From Macrostomum lignano (lineage: Eukaryota), in contig NIVC01001603.1 in assembly GCA_002269645.1 (NCBI GenBank), positions 5,082-69,081 of the forward strand: DNA of 64,000 nucleotides, written 5' to 3'. Position 1 is the first letter of the stretch, and every line of letters starts with the position of its first letter. Under the pieces are notes generated by a model. That model was not told the DNA's origin, did no database searches, and saw nothing but the letters and a program-made list of their open reading frames with translations. A program made the translations under genes and the position numbers. This document shows, one piece after another, positions 22,290 through 35,045 of this stretch.

Positions 22290-22590
22290 TAGCCCGGCCG
22301 CACGGCGACCTCAGCCTGCGAGAGCTGGAAGCAGCGGGAGGCCTGCTGACCCTCTCGGACGGAATCCCGTCCATGCTCTGCTCTCCGCTCAAATTCAAAA
22401 CCAGCATTCCACCACGTCATGAATCAAGAGACAACTGGAAACCCCATGAAATCCACTGCTTCACTGATGGGTCCCAAATCTGCATCGTGTTTGGAGGAAG
22501 AACTGAGGCGACCTACTCCCAGCACACCGGCACCTGCTCCACCGTCTTCCAGAACGAAGTTCTCGCCATCAGCTTTAGACAGAGGCAGTG
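22290..22590 (+). mobile_element. Non-LTR retrotransposon RNase H fragment
   Basis: WKPHEIHCFTDGSQ...STVFQNEVLAIS (FTDGS and TVFQAEVxAI RNase H motifs), with deletions. Confidence 0.7.
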
Positions 22591-22739
22591 ACACTAAAAG
22601 ACACAAAAACACTCTTAGACATAATAAACACACTATTTTGGATTGATTCAGCCCATCCCTCTGTCGAAGAAAATTTTAGAAATTCCAGATAATAGTTAAA
22701 TAGTACACTCAACAGTCTCTAGCTAAGCAAGACTGGCGC

Positions 22740-23500
22740 AAGTACCCTACATCGTAAGAGGGTACGATCGTGCTGGCTTTGCTAGAGGGGACATCGCTCG
22801 TGTTATAGGACACTGTTCGACAGCTATTGAGCGATATATTCAGTTTGATGCCCAAGATCATGTTAAAATATCTCATGCTCTTCAATAAGGTAGTCAGCCA
22901 TCAAGTCCGCGTCTATTTAAACCGAGCCTGAACGCTTTGTTGAAGCTATGAAACAAAGCGACCTAGTGAGTGCTAAACCGGCAAAGAAAATTAGACTTAG
23001 CATCAATAGTGACGCCAACACTGTTGAAATACTTTTGAGTGATATTTACGGCCACTATACGTGACGCGAGGCGCTACAAGACGCTTCTATTTTTTACTAT
23101 GCTAAACTTCCTGTTGTATACGGTTTTGTTATTTTAAATTTTTTTATATTGTTTAATTTTTGATCAGTTAAAATGTTAGCTTAAATTTGTCCAACTGTAG
23201 CAGGACTGAGAACAATGACAACTGAGAAGAACTGGATGGTTCTCAGTCCTACACCGATAAATTACCATAGGAAGTTGTTGTTCCTCAGATTGGGAAAGAG
23301 GCGAGATCGAAATGCACTTTCTGTAGGATAATAAAAAAGAAATAGAGAATTCTTTCGTATATCTTCAGCAATATCGAAGAGAAAAAACATCTGCGTTGGG
23401 CAAACTGACTATATAGCATATGTATATGCAGGCAAGTGTGCAAGAGTTACAAGCGTGACGTTATGGTCTTGACATAAGGAACGCATAAGTACGTATAAAG
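22740..23500 (+). mobile_element. Crypton-like relic, uninterrupted copy
   Basis: STLHR[insertion]AGFARGDIARVIGHCSTAIERYIQFDAQDHVKISHALQ* resembles the tyrosine-recombinase box II (GH..Y). The following non-coding part matches 230-784 in reverse. Confidence 0.55.
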
Positions 23501-23850
23501 TAAACCTAGGTAAACATGACTGAAATAGGCAAACGTGAGTAAATAGGTTAACATAGGTACGTAGGTGAATATTTAGTGTAGTTGAATGAGTAAAAAGGCA
23601 AACATGAGTAGATAGGTAAATATAAGTACATAAGTAGGCAAAACATTTTAGGCAAACATTTTGGAAATTTACGTAGGTAAACCTATGTACATATAGGTAA
23701 ACATGAGTTAATAGGCAAACTTGAGTAAACAGGCAAACTTGAGTAAATAGGCAAACATAGGTAAATCTTACATAGGTAAACATGAGTAAATAGGTGAACA
23801 TGAGTAGATAGGTAAACGTAGGTACATATGTAAACATTATTACAGATAAC
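23500..23850. repeat. Degenerate ~18-20-bp tandem repeat (TAGGTAAACATGAGTAAA-like)
   Basis: Visible diverged units. Confidence 0.75.
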
Positions 23851-23908
23851 GCAGGAAAAGTTATTGGACAATTAGCTGTTAGTTTTATAGTCTGATATTA
23901 CAAAATTA

Positions 23909-24615
23909 TTCCTTTTTACGTTCTATTTGATAAAAACTGCAACCAATTTGGCCACGGCTCAGCCTGACGCAGCCGCAGCAATTTTCCATAGACAGCCACC
24001 GCTAGCGGCAACCAATTTGGTAAAAACTGCGAGCTATTTTGCCAGCTTGAAGATAGCAGCTCAATAGCATAACAATAACGATAAAGAATGTTAACAATAC
24101 ATGCACGAAGTCAGAACATTATGTCCTCAGCATTCAAGCACCGATTGAAGTACGTCTGGGAATGGTTGATCCAGCGCAGGCACTTGAGAGGCGTGAGAGG
24201 CAGTAGGTTGACCTTCGACGAATTGAACAATGGTGTCCACCATAGCCTCCGTCAGCGCCATCCTCTTCACTCCTCCTTTTGGCAGAGTGCCAACTCTACC
24301 AGTTCGTTCATACGTGGTCACGATGTTCCTCACTGTCGGTTTCTTCATCCCCATCATTCTGCCAAGCTCTCCCCAGTCGTCGCCACTCCTGTACGCTCTC
24401 ACGATTCGCTCTCGATCCAGCTGACTTATCTTTTGGTACGGCCCACGATTCGCCATCAGAGCAGCTGCTATCTTCAAGCTGGCAAAATAGCTCGCAGTTT
24501 TTACCAAATTGGTTGCCGCTAGCGGTGGCTGTCTATGGAAAATTCTATGTCTATGGTCAGGCTAAGCCGTGGCCAAATTGGTTGGAGTTTTTATCAAATA
24601 GAACGTAAAAAGGTA
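23909..24615 (-). mobile_element. Internally deleted Tc1/IS630-family DNA transposon
   Basis: ~150-bp TIRs (23909-24061, 24462-24615), TA at both flanks. Residual ORF MANRGPYQKISQLDRERIVRAYRSGDDWGELGRMMGMKKPTVRNIVTTYERTG..KGG is an HTH-like DNA-binding region; no DDE domain. Confidence 0.8.
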
Positions 24616-25354
24616 TATTATGGAAGCTATAGATTAATGGTATAATTAGATACCGAAATACCATGTTATAGTGAATGCATATATCAAGAAGGGAAATCTA
24701 TAGGGGGACATCTATCTTATAAAGCAATTTAGTCAAACAGCAGTGGCAAACTGGTACTCAATAATTCAATGAGGAAATTCAATGGCTTTAAATTGCATGG
24801 CGTTGCTTAAACATTTTTGTCGCCTATCATTTCGGTGCGTCACATATTCACCCTACCGACTAGTGGAAACTACGTAGATTTTCAAAAAAACGTTTTCAAA
24901 TTTTTTTGAATTCTAAAAAACAATGATAAAAGAATAAAAAATCCTACATTTCTGTGGCTTGAGTAAAGATATGATCGAATAAAACATGTTGCAGTCACTG
25001 ATATCTAGAATAATAATGTATATGTAGTATATTGCTACATTATTCCTAATATGTAGGATTTTTGGTTATACGAGTTGTATCGGCTTCGCATAACCTACTT
25101 GTTCTTATTCTTTGTTCTTAACCGTCTCTTTACCTGAGAATCTGGCACTCCCGTTCATCCCCCATTTATTCCTGTTAATTCCCCGTCGATCCAATTATTA
25201 TTCCCCTGTGACGCTGTAATCTTTCTCTCGGTTCCCTTGGCTTTGGTTTGCTGGATAAGTTTCTAAACAAACATTATATTTTGCTTTGGCTGTAATGAGT
25301 GTTACTTTCGGCCGCCACCCTATGCTCTCCAAATCCCCGATTAATTTCTAGACT

Positions 25355-27176
25355 TCAAGCGCATGTGTAGGGGATAACAGAATCAAACAGAATCTTAACG
25401 AATCCTTGGGCACTGTTCGTGTTGCCGCCAGTGGTGGCCACGCAGCCGCTACCGCCACAGAAGGAGCCACCGCCTCCGCCAGAAAGATCGTCATCAAGTC
25501 CGGCTCCGCCTCCGCTGTAGCCGCCACCAGCTCCAGCGGCACCTACCGCTGTGCTACCGTCGCCCGTAGCAGCTCCTCCGCCGCCACCGAAGCCGCCCAA
25601 GCCGTAGGAAGAGCCTTGGCTGGAGGAGCCGCCAATCCAATTTTCATACCTGCTACCACCTCCGCCACCATTTTCGTTACTGGTCGAAACGGCTGCTCTA
25701 CCCTTCCAGCCAGCGCCGCAGCCACCGTAATTTTCGTCTGAGTCCGCACTAGACGGATCATTACTGCCCGGTTGTCCATTGATGCCTCCTATACCGATCT
25801 CAGAGGGCTGTATAAAATGGTTGTGTGTTGTCATGAGTAAAAAATACTCATAGTTTTAATAAGACAGTAAATTTATCGAGCATAGTTTTTTCTTTAGCTA
25901 TATTTTTTTAATAGTAGACCATACGTATCGTTATAAATAATTGTAACATTTAATATTCTGCAATTTTTACTATAAGAAAAATATCAAGAAATTACCTCGC
26001 TTGAGCCATAAGACTTTGAACCGTTTCTTCCAGCCTGACCGGGGCGTCCTGAAGAAAATTTTTAAACCTTTTTTAGTGGATGCAAATAACTTTAGGTTTA
26101 TTTAGTACCATTATGCGTTCCGGTGCCACAACACTATAAATATAACAGACTAGGCTCGTGCAGAGACTACGAGCTACCAAAAAAATTAACAAAATACAAA
26201 TTAAATTTATTTCACCGATCTACTCTGGAGATAGGTTTTCACCATGTACGCGTTAGCAATTCTTTTAACTTCAAAGCTGACGATTTTTTTTCATTTGTGA
26301 AAGCGCAGATGTTTCATTAAAAATAAACTTTAAAGCGTTCTGATTGTAAGTGTGAAATCAAAATTGTGCCTTAAAGTTTATATCCTTCGAAGTAAGATAT
26401 TTTGGAATATTCTTACTGATTAGTACGTATTGAAAAGGAAACTACTTAAAATGAAAAGGTAAACGAACCATGGTTGTCCCTGGAGGCTCCGCCGCCACCG
26501 CCAGCCGCCATGAGCGGCTCACTGTCGGATGCACGGTACACAAAACTTCCGCCGCCGCCGCCGCTTCCAACATGTTCGGATCTCGCGTGGCCACCAGCCT
26601 GACCAACGACAATGGACAGCACGCTTCCGGCCGTCAGGCTGACATTTCCAGCGACCAGGGCTCCCCTACCGCCATATTTTCCTTCGCCATAGTTGCTACC
26701 ACCCTTGGCTCCGGCAATCTCAATTCGATAGCAGCCCGTCACGTTTATCCTTGTCTGCTGTATGCTGCCGTTTTGACCAGTGCTGGTGCCTGAAATTTGT
26801 TGTCAAATTAATTTTTACTTAACTATGGTTACAAAATGCTTTTAATACGAAAAGAAAGGCTTACTTGTGAAGAGAAGAGTGATGTTGGTGCTTAATATCG
26901 AATTAATCACAGCGTCGAAATTCTTCAGCTTGAAAACTTCAGAGCCAGGCTCTGTCCCCAGGACTCTGGACTCGCTAGATCCTTTTGAGACAGTCACCGG
27001 CCGGCAAAGACCGCTGCTCGGTCGGTACTCGAGAGCAACGCAGTCCCTCATCCGGCACAGAGTCAGGCAACCCTGCAGGGATTCCACTCCAGAGATGTTA
27101 CTGACTTGGCTGCTGACTCCGGAGTTGATCGTAAGGACACCATTGTGCTGCGTGTAGCGAGCAGGATTGCAGGATC
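25355..27176 (-). CDS. Gene C: PAN/Apple-like + ALK/LTK-type glycine-rich domain protein (apparently intact)
   Basis: Exons 27176-26865, 26789-26469, 26048-25996, 25807-25355 join in frame. Possible short hydrophobic first exon 27295-27256 (MYTIPSYLFLSVG), low confidence. Confidence 0.85.
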
Positions 27177-29646
27177 CTGCAAAGCGATTGTAGAACGTTA
27201 AAGAGCTGCACATATGCAATCTCCTGGTCTCTGCCTCTCCTTGCAGGACGCCTACTCCCCACTGACAGAAACAGATATGACGGGATGGTGTACATTAGCA
27301 CCGCCTGCACCAGCTGTACATGTATGCGCCGCACGACTTGGCACTGATGCTTATCTGGTCAGCCCAAGTCACTGACACCGCTAATATTCACTTGACCCAG
27401 GGGCTAGTACACCCGGGTCCGCGGGCCACATGCAGCTCACAAAGCCTCTTTATCCGGCCTCGGGCCCTTTGAAACTTCACAATAGCAATCCGGCCTGCTT
27501 AGGGTTTGTGAATTGTGTCTATTCTCATTTCTCTCGGTCTCTCCTCTCTCTGCTTCTCTCTCCTCTTCTCTCCCCCACCCTCTTCTCTCCTCTTCTATTC
27601 TCTCATCTAATCTCTCGCCTCTACTCTCTCATCTCTTATCTTACATTTTCTCGCCTTCCACTCTCATCTGCCCCTCAACTATGAGCCGAATTCTTTACAT
27701 GGTAGCTGGCGTCGTGATACGAGAAAAAGAAAATTGCTGACTCTTAGATAATGCAGAATCCCCTATAATCCAAACCAATTGGCTTACCTTGGGCAGAATC
27801 GAAGCAACTACAGCGACAGACCAAAAGCATTAACAAGCCGAAAATTATTGACTCCATTGGGAATTTTTAACGCGATCTTGCAAAGATATTTCCGGGCTTT
27901 CAGTAGGATACCTTCTATTTCTCATTTTTGAAGGAATTCTGTGTGGGTGTAAAATATTTTGCTGGTTGCTAGGGCAGCCACTCGCCATTGTCTCCCCTTG
28001 CTTTCCTTCCGAGGCGCCGGCCGCCCTTCTTACCTGGCCCAATCCTCAGCAAGGTTTTCTGAGCCCAGAATGCATTGGCAGTGTGGAGACGCCTCACTCC
28101 AGAGGCTGTAATTTTTCCATGGAAAATTCCCAGTGACTGCATCGTCTTTGGCTTAAGCATGGGGATGGGTTGCCAGCTTTTCAAAACTCTCTGTTTGAAA
28201 AGACTTCTGACTGGCAGTAATTTTAATTGGCAGTGGAATGGCTTAGAATAGGGGTCCCCAACCTTCTACGGGCAGCGGGCCGCATTGTTTAGCAATTTGA
28301 CAATCATTATTCGCATTTTTTATGCAGAACAATCCATTACTACAAATTGTTTTAGGATCGTCAACTCCATTGACAACTGGCTTCGGGTGTTCGGGCCGCA
28401 TGCAAGTAAAACATTGCAGTTTTCTTAGCTGCCATCGTAAATACCTTGAGCTTAGGACTTTAACCGGTAGCCTTGAAAACTCTTAGAAATTTAGTAAAAA
28501 TCAATATTGGTTGCTTCTTGGAATTGCCCGACTCTTCAACGAGATAAGGAGTCCTAATCTCCCATTCTATCTATCTTTGTACTGTTGTCTGCTTTCTGTT
28601 TTTTTACTGAGGCCTATTCACTTGCCTATAGCTTTTTCCACTTGGCTTACTGAGGCATGTTTTAAGAAGCAGTCGACGTAGCCCCTGACGTCTCACCATT
28701 GTTTTACCTGCAAGTCAAATGACAAAACAGTAAAAAATTGTACCCCTCATGTGTCAGCACGTAAATTTTTTGCCACAGTAAAATGATTTCCATTCTAGAG
28801 GCTAAATTTGGCTTTTTATCTCCGTCTTCTATTGTTTAGTCCAAAAAAGGGATTCGAGATTCCGGAATCACTCCACGTGCTGATTAAAAAGATATAAAGG
28901 TAATGCATATTGGAGAGAAATGGTTAATTCTTACAGAGTGCTAAATAGTCCACTCGGATAAAATTTTGATTCACAGAAAGGGCCTGCTTACAGACCGTTA
29001 ACAATCAAATATACTACTATAACGAGTGAAAGGACAAATATTGCTATATCTTGGACGCAAAATTATGCAAACCACGATCCTAAGCGTGTACAACTATTTC
29101 TGCACAGTATCAAAGTGACCGTGTGCAATCAAATTTCAAAAAAATATAATTCTATAAAATATAATTTTTTCTCTTTATTGCGACACCACTCAAGCACCGA
29201 TACTTAGTTTCTGTTGCTTTGTTTTATTTTGATTTCTACCGGTAGAATCAAATTGGCTGGATGGGTTGTAGTTAAGCAGATGCAGAAGTTTGCGGTGCAG
29301 GGCGTTTCATTTGGGCTAGCAAGAGTGTTCAATGTCTCAATCATCACTTCCATCACCTTTGAATCCTTATTTTATCATCATTGTACATAGGGGCACCGCG
29401 ATGAAGCATTAACAATGGTCCTTGCTGCACGACGTCAGCGCGTAACGCGCACTCGTGTTTGGCCAGTATTTCACTCCGTTACCTACTATACAGCCCACCA
29501 TTGTTAAGTTTAGCATTTGAATTGGCTTGCTTAACTGTGTAGAATACGGAAACGAACTCGTTCGGCTCGCTGGTGCTAATGCGCGGTCGAAGTTCAATGC
29601 TGGATTCCAGAACGATGGGTTCAATAACTTTGCGCTCTCCAACTCT

Positions 29647-29750
29647 GAGTACGACTGAGTACGACTCAGTACGGTAGTACGACTCAGTACGGCAGTACGA
29701 CTCAGTACGGCAGTACAACTCAGTACGGCAGTAAGACTCAGTACGACTCG
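29647..29750. repeat. 18-bp tandem repeat grown from the LINE ESYC codons
   Basis: Unit CAGTACGGCAGTACGACT, about 5-6 copies, directly at the LINE break point. Confidence 0.8.
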
Positions 29751-30262
29751 CGCGGATGATGTGGCCTGCCAGCTGGAGTCGCCGACGGCGCAACAGGTCG
29801 CTTGGATGGACCAGGCCGGCACGGTGATACAAAGCCGCGTTAATCACTCGCTCGTAGCCGCAATCGTCAAGCAGGCCAGCATGCGCCGCGGCAACTTGTT
29901 GCTCGAGCGACTCTGTCAGCGTCCAGGTTTCGGCGTTGTACAGCAGGATGGTCTCAAACATAGGGTCAGATAGGGCCGCGAATTGCAGGACTGCCCTCAC
30001 AGAGCGAAAAGCAAGCCCGCGGCGTCGCGGACGCGCAAATCATCACCGCCAGAACCAGACCGTCGGGATGGACGAACTGCTGACAACGCGGAAGCTCTGT
30101 CGCTTGTCCATCAGCGCCCCGGCACAAAATCACAGCCTCGATGTCATCTGGCACGCACAGCAGGACAGTTTTCTGCATGTTGACCGCCAGGAAGCACCGA
30201 ACGAGAAGCTGTCCGCTGCTACGTTGTATGCCAGCCGTCTGCCGGAAATTTGCATCATCAGC
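29751..30262 (-). mobile_element. RTE-like LINE (family 1), RT C-terminal fragment
   Basis: FLAVNMQKTVLL.. and ETILLYNAETWTLTESLEQQV..SDLLRRRRLQLAGHIIRA; homologous to 41330-41600. Confidence 0.8.
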
Positions 30263-30274
30263 GCTTGCGCTCTT

Positions 30275-30870
30275 ACTTGACTTACTTGACTTTGCTGCAC
30301 GGGGCTCCGTGTATCCAGATGCAGCGTTGCCGCCCATTTCGCTCACCCTTTTCACCACTAGGGCTCTGTTCCAAATGAAGCCGTCGAAGGAGATGGCCGG
30401 TCTCACAATGGCAGTGTAATCTACCAGAGGCGACGGGGTGAAGCCCTGTCAACCTGTGGTCGAGGGTGAGGCCCAAGCATCTGGTTTGTTTTCCGCGATC
30501 AATTAGAGTGAGAGCGGTCAATTATCCAGTTTCGGCGGCTGGTGAACATGATAGCCACGGTTTTAGACTCAGAGAACCTGAGACCGCAGCTGTGTGCCCA
30601 GCGCTCGGCATAGTGGATAAAGTCTTGGATGAGGTCTCTGAGGACCGCGAGTGATGGTCCAGTCACAGTGGCAGTAACATCGTCCGCATGCGACCTTTTG
30701 ATCCGGGTCCGGATGCAGGCTGCAGAACAGTTTCAGATAATCGGGCTGAGGACTCCACCTTGTGGTCCGCCTTTCTGGACCTCCACAGAGCGGAAGTGTC
30801 CTAGGAGGTGCGAGTTGACAGTACGATGGGAGACCAATTTTTTTATCAAGCGGATAAGGTGCCCGTGCGT
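30275..30870 (-). mobile_element. LINE family 2 (R1/I/Loa-like), deleted copy: RT fragment plus 3' end
   Basis: KGGPQGGVLSPII and HADDVT..CGLRFSESKTVAIMF; 3' end with (AAGTC/AAGT)n tail matches 32400-32490. Confidence 0.7.
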
Positions 30871-31141
30871 GCCCCACTCTACAACAGTGTAAAACATTGA
30901 ACAATAGTAAGCAGGAATACATAAATAGTAAGAGTAGCGTAGGGGCTTTTTATTGAAATAAATTGAGACCAAGTCGCTGTTTTTGTGTATGTTTAATTAA
31001 TTGAGTAATAAATTAGGTTTCTATTCATAACTTAAAGTAGTCTGGTTTCAGTAGGTACCGTGTATTTACAGTATATACTCGTAGTTTTCTCCCGCAAATT
31101 TCTATAGAAATCTATTGCATTATAACAAATTACGAGCTATA

Positions 31142-31456
31142 ACAAACACAACAACAAAATACGCTGTCAGGATGGCAAAAGTCAGCGTCACAGGGCGCGC
31201 TTCATGGCTTGGGCGCGAACAAAGGCCGCGCCACCGGCAGTGTCCGGGGCGCCGGCGTCAGCCAGCAGACAGTCGACATAACGCCGAGTTCGCGCTTGAC
31301 CTCGCCGGTAGGGTGCCTGCAGCGTGAGCAGCAGCACCTCCTGCACCGGCTGTGGGCAGTACGACTCGGCGCGGATGAGATGGCCTGCGAGCTGGAGTCG
31401 CCGACGGCGCAGTAGATCACTTGGACGTGGCAGGTCAGCGCGGCGATAGAGCTTAT
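31142..31456 (-). mobile_element. 5'-truncated family 1 LINE with TSD
   Basis: 3' end matches 41510-41812, (TTG)n-like tail, 13-bp TSD ATTACGAGCTATA (31129-31141, 31457-31469). Confidence 0.9.
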
Positions 31457-32124
31457 ATTACGAGCTATATAAGCTTGAAAAGTACGAAAAAAACTGCTGG
31501 ACTGGGACTACATTAAAAATTACTGAACAAGAAGCTAGCTAGTGATTAGTTCGATTTTAAAATAATATATGAGGAATAAGAATTCAAAAGAAGTTTCTTG
31601 GCGAAGCAAGGATCGATATTACATGTTAAATTAAGTAATTTTATGGAATATTAGAATGTAAAATAAGCAAGTATGCTACAGTTCTTTGACAGTGTCTAAA
31701 TCTAGTGCCCCTGTAACGAGTCCGGTATATTTATAATATTACTGGCGGATGAGAGTATTAGCAACGTATGGTTCAGCAGCTACGTCTGTCAGTCCTGGAC
31801 GATTTACTATACTCGTAGCATAAGAAATCTTACTGTCTTAGTATGAATGCGTACACTGGTGATCGGCTCTGATTATAATTATTGTATCTCACGTACATGC
31901 TAAGTTGATCTACGTCCAAGGCTGCCACACGCTACAGAAAAGACTAGAACTTACATGTTTAAATTATGAGTCGCATTTCTTGGAAACGGAAACCAAATTA
32001 ACAAAATACGTAATATTAGAACCCTAGAATAAATTATGCATATAATTCAAACAGCTAAGGATCTGACTAAAGTTAAAATACACCATGTAAATAAACTGGC
32101 ATCGTTACCTCCAGGAGAAAATCC

Positions 32125-32490
32125 GCAGTGAGGACTGCCCTTTCTGCCTCTCCGGTGTCGAGAATGCGGAGCACTTCATCTGTGAATGCCCTCCCCTTTA
32201 CTCAGGACAGGCTCACCTACCTCGGCCCAAACCCGGACCTCTCCGACGTTTTCAGGCCCGAGAATCTCTGCCAGCTCGTCCGCTACCTAAGGGCTACCGG
32301 GCGAGCGAACATCCACCTCCTGGACTCTCCGGAGGGGGACCGCGCTGCGGACGCCGGCACCACCGGAACTCCCTGCGCGACACCGCAGCACTAGCTGCCC
32401 GTGGTCGCCAGGGGTTAGCGAAATGGGCGGCAACGCCTCCTCGCTGTTTCCAGACGCACGGAGCCCCCTGCAGCTAAGTCAAGTAAGTAA
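32125..32490 (+). mobile_element. LINE family 2 3' end with CCHC zinc knuckle
   Basis: [20 protein letters not shown] (frameshift) [17 protein letters not shown], then 3' UTR and tail AAGTCAAGTAAGTAA. Confidence 0.75.
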
Positions 32491-32769
32491 TGTAAATAAA
32501 CTAGATTCGAATTACAGAACTGTCAAACCGTTACACCCCCTTCGGGGCGGCCGATAAGAAAGAGCGAAATTTATTTGTTTAAATTCTGGTAGCGATTAGT
32601 ATGATGTCACTGGTAACAATCAGTAATTTTAATAATTTTATTATTTTTTTTAATTTTTTTGCGCTGGTAGCTATGTACAGTACAGTGCCGATTAAAGAAA
32701 ATACACTAGCGATTGCTTACACGGTTCGTGTTTCTTTTACATTTGCATCTTACAAAAGCAGCACTTTCT

Positions 32770-33930
32770 CAGGAGATGACACGCACGAACCTCGCTGAGC
32801 AACTTTCTTGCCTCTTCGTTAATTGCAAATGGTCACCAGTTCTGGTGTAGTTCCAGGATACTGGCTGCTGGTCCCTTCAAGAACCTGGTTAAAAATATGC
32901 TTTGGGTATGCTTTCTTCCCCTCTCCACGAAGATTTCCCATGGTCATTTTAAAGCGCTCGAATCCTGGGATGGAAATCCTGGACATCAGCTTGGCGAAAT
33001 ACTTGGCACTGTGGCTTTCAATCTTGATTGTGTGAAGCAAGCGCGGATCAATCGACTCATTGGAGAAATAAATTGGCCTTGAAAATCTCCGATTTCGTCG
33101 TACTCTGACAGTGTTTGACAGCGTGGATCAATATCCTCAATTGGAAGTTCGAATTTCCCTGTGGTTTTGCTTTCAGCTGCAGTCGAAAATTTAATTTTTG
33201 GAGTCTCGGCGCGTGGAGTCTCGGCGCGCGGGGTCTCGGCGCGTGGGGCCTCGCCGCGTGGGGTCTCGGCGCGCGGGGTCTCGGCGCGTGGGGTCTCGGC
33301 GTGTGGGGTCTCGGCGCGTGGGGTCTCAGCGAGTGAAGTCTCGGCGCGTGGAGTCTCGGCGTGTGGAGTCTCGGCACGTGGGGTCTCGGCGCGTGGGGTC
33401 TCGGCGAGTGAAGTCTCGGCGCGTGGAGTCTCGGCGCGTGGGGTCTCGGCGAGTGAAGTCTCGGCGCGTGGAGTATCGGCGCGTGGGGTCTCGGCGTGTG
33501 GGGTCTCGGCGCGTGGGGCCTCGGGGCGTGAAGTCTCGGCGCGTTGAGTCATTGAGCTCATGGAGTGCTCATTGGTTACTTTCAGAGTTAAGAAGGACAT
33601 TGTATCCTTGAGTTCTCTTACATCTTTCTGAATCTGACCGACTGCTGATGAGAGCTCCTGTAGGTGCACTACAATCAAGGAGTTGACGACACTGCCGTCA
33701 TTCTGCTTCAGACGATTGAACTCAATAATCTTCTCGATTAGCAATTAGCAATTAGCAAGCTTACCGGATACAGCAAGAATTTCGACAAGCTTTTCGTCTC
33801 CATAGTAGCTTATTGTGATTTCTTCTCCGACCTCCGGCACTGCCTGCTTGTACTCAATGGAATGAATGAGACCATCTGCGTCAAAAATTACTAGCATCCA
33901 GAAAGTCTGTTGTCGTGAAGAGCATCGGCT
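32770..33930 (-). pseudogene. Degraded gene with a 15-bp repeat linker and a BEN-domain-like C-terminus
   Basis: FWMLVIFDADG..VGEEITISYYG..EILAVS, coiled-coil-like segment, (AETPR)n, then after a frameshift SAKYFAKLMSRI..MGNLRGEGKKAYPKHIFNQV..YPG. The BEN call rests on motif memory only. Confidence 0.35.
33201..33545. repeat. 15-bp tandem repeat (GGGGTCTCGGCGCGT)n
   Basis: About 23 units, read as AETPR on the minus strand. Confidence 0.95.
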
Positions 33931-34309
33931 TATTTGTAGAAAAATTAAAGAAATAATAATAAAAGTAACAACTTGAGTTGTCCGTAAGATACCGATTGAT
34001 ATTGAGTATTAAAACAATAAACAAGGATTATGCACTAAATCATTTCTCATTTCTCAAAGCATTTCATGCCTCCGTACCTCCCGCCAATGAGAACAGCCAA
34101 TGGGGTGTATGCTTTCGCAAGAGATACACTTCTCTCTTCCCCTACACCCTTTTCTCTTTCTCTCTCACTCCTTTCTCATTCTTGCTGATGACAGCTTCAG
34201 AAGGCGGGGAGAAGATACTCAAAACTTTTAGTTTGAAACCTATGCAAAAATATCACTTTTTATGTACGAGCTGTTTTGTAATTGCACGAGGGCGACGGCC
34301 TCCCCAAAC

Positions 34310-34560
34310 GGCCTCTCTCCTCCCTCCTTCTCCCTGCAGCCTCTCTCTCCTTCTCTCTCCTTCTCCCTGCCGCCTCTCTCCTTCTCTCTCCTTCTCCCTG
34401 CCGCCTCTCTCCTTCTCTCTCCTTCTCCCTGCAGCCTCTCTCCTTCTCTCTCCTTCTCCCTGCCGCCTCTCTCCTTCCCTCTCTCCTTCTCCCTGCAGCC
34501 TCTCTCCTTCTCTCTCTCCTTCTCCCTGCAGTCTCTTTTCTCCCTACCGCCTCTCTCCTC
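34310..34560. repeat. CT-rich minisatellite, same family as 11731-11850
   Basis: Unit CCTCTCTCCTTCTCTCTCCTTCTCCCTGCMG. Confidence 0.85.
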
Positions 34561-35045
34561 CCCCTGTCGCTTGGTCCCCTACCCGTACCCCCTACCCCTT
34601 AGGTATCCTAGTCCGGTGGATGCCACGTCTAAGAGGATGGACAAGTTGAGCTCCCATCATTCGTCGTGCTTGGTCACCTCTTTCAATTTGTTTTAGTGGA
34701 GCAAATTTTTTTAGGCTGATTTTGGTACGGCGACATCCTGGACTGGACATGCGTACATCACTTATTATTATTGAGGAAATATTCAGATTTTGCTGGATGC
34801 TACTGAACAGCACCCGTACAGTAGCTAGCTGGGTAATTTTTTGTTAAATTCTGTTACAAATGCAACTCTAACAGCTACTTTTTTGCTCTGAAACGCTATA
34901 TTTCTGTTATTTATAAAGTGTAAAGTTCAATAGGCGGTCGGATATCATAGTATTGACTCACTGTAACTGATAATTGTTTATGATAGCTTGTATCTTGGTT
35001 TTTTCCGGATGTATTTGTGAATAGCATTCTTTCACGGCTATATCT

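Noticed and set aside
27387-28400. hAT-like end fragments (CAGGGGCTAG..GCGGGCCAC at 27387; TAGGGGTCCCCAACC..GCGGGCCGC at 28248)
   Set aside because: Both are in the same orientation with no partner TIR or TSD, so no element can be delimited.
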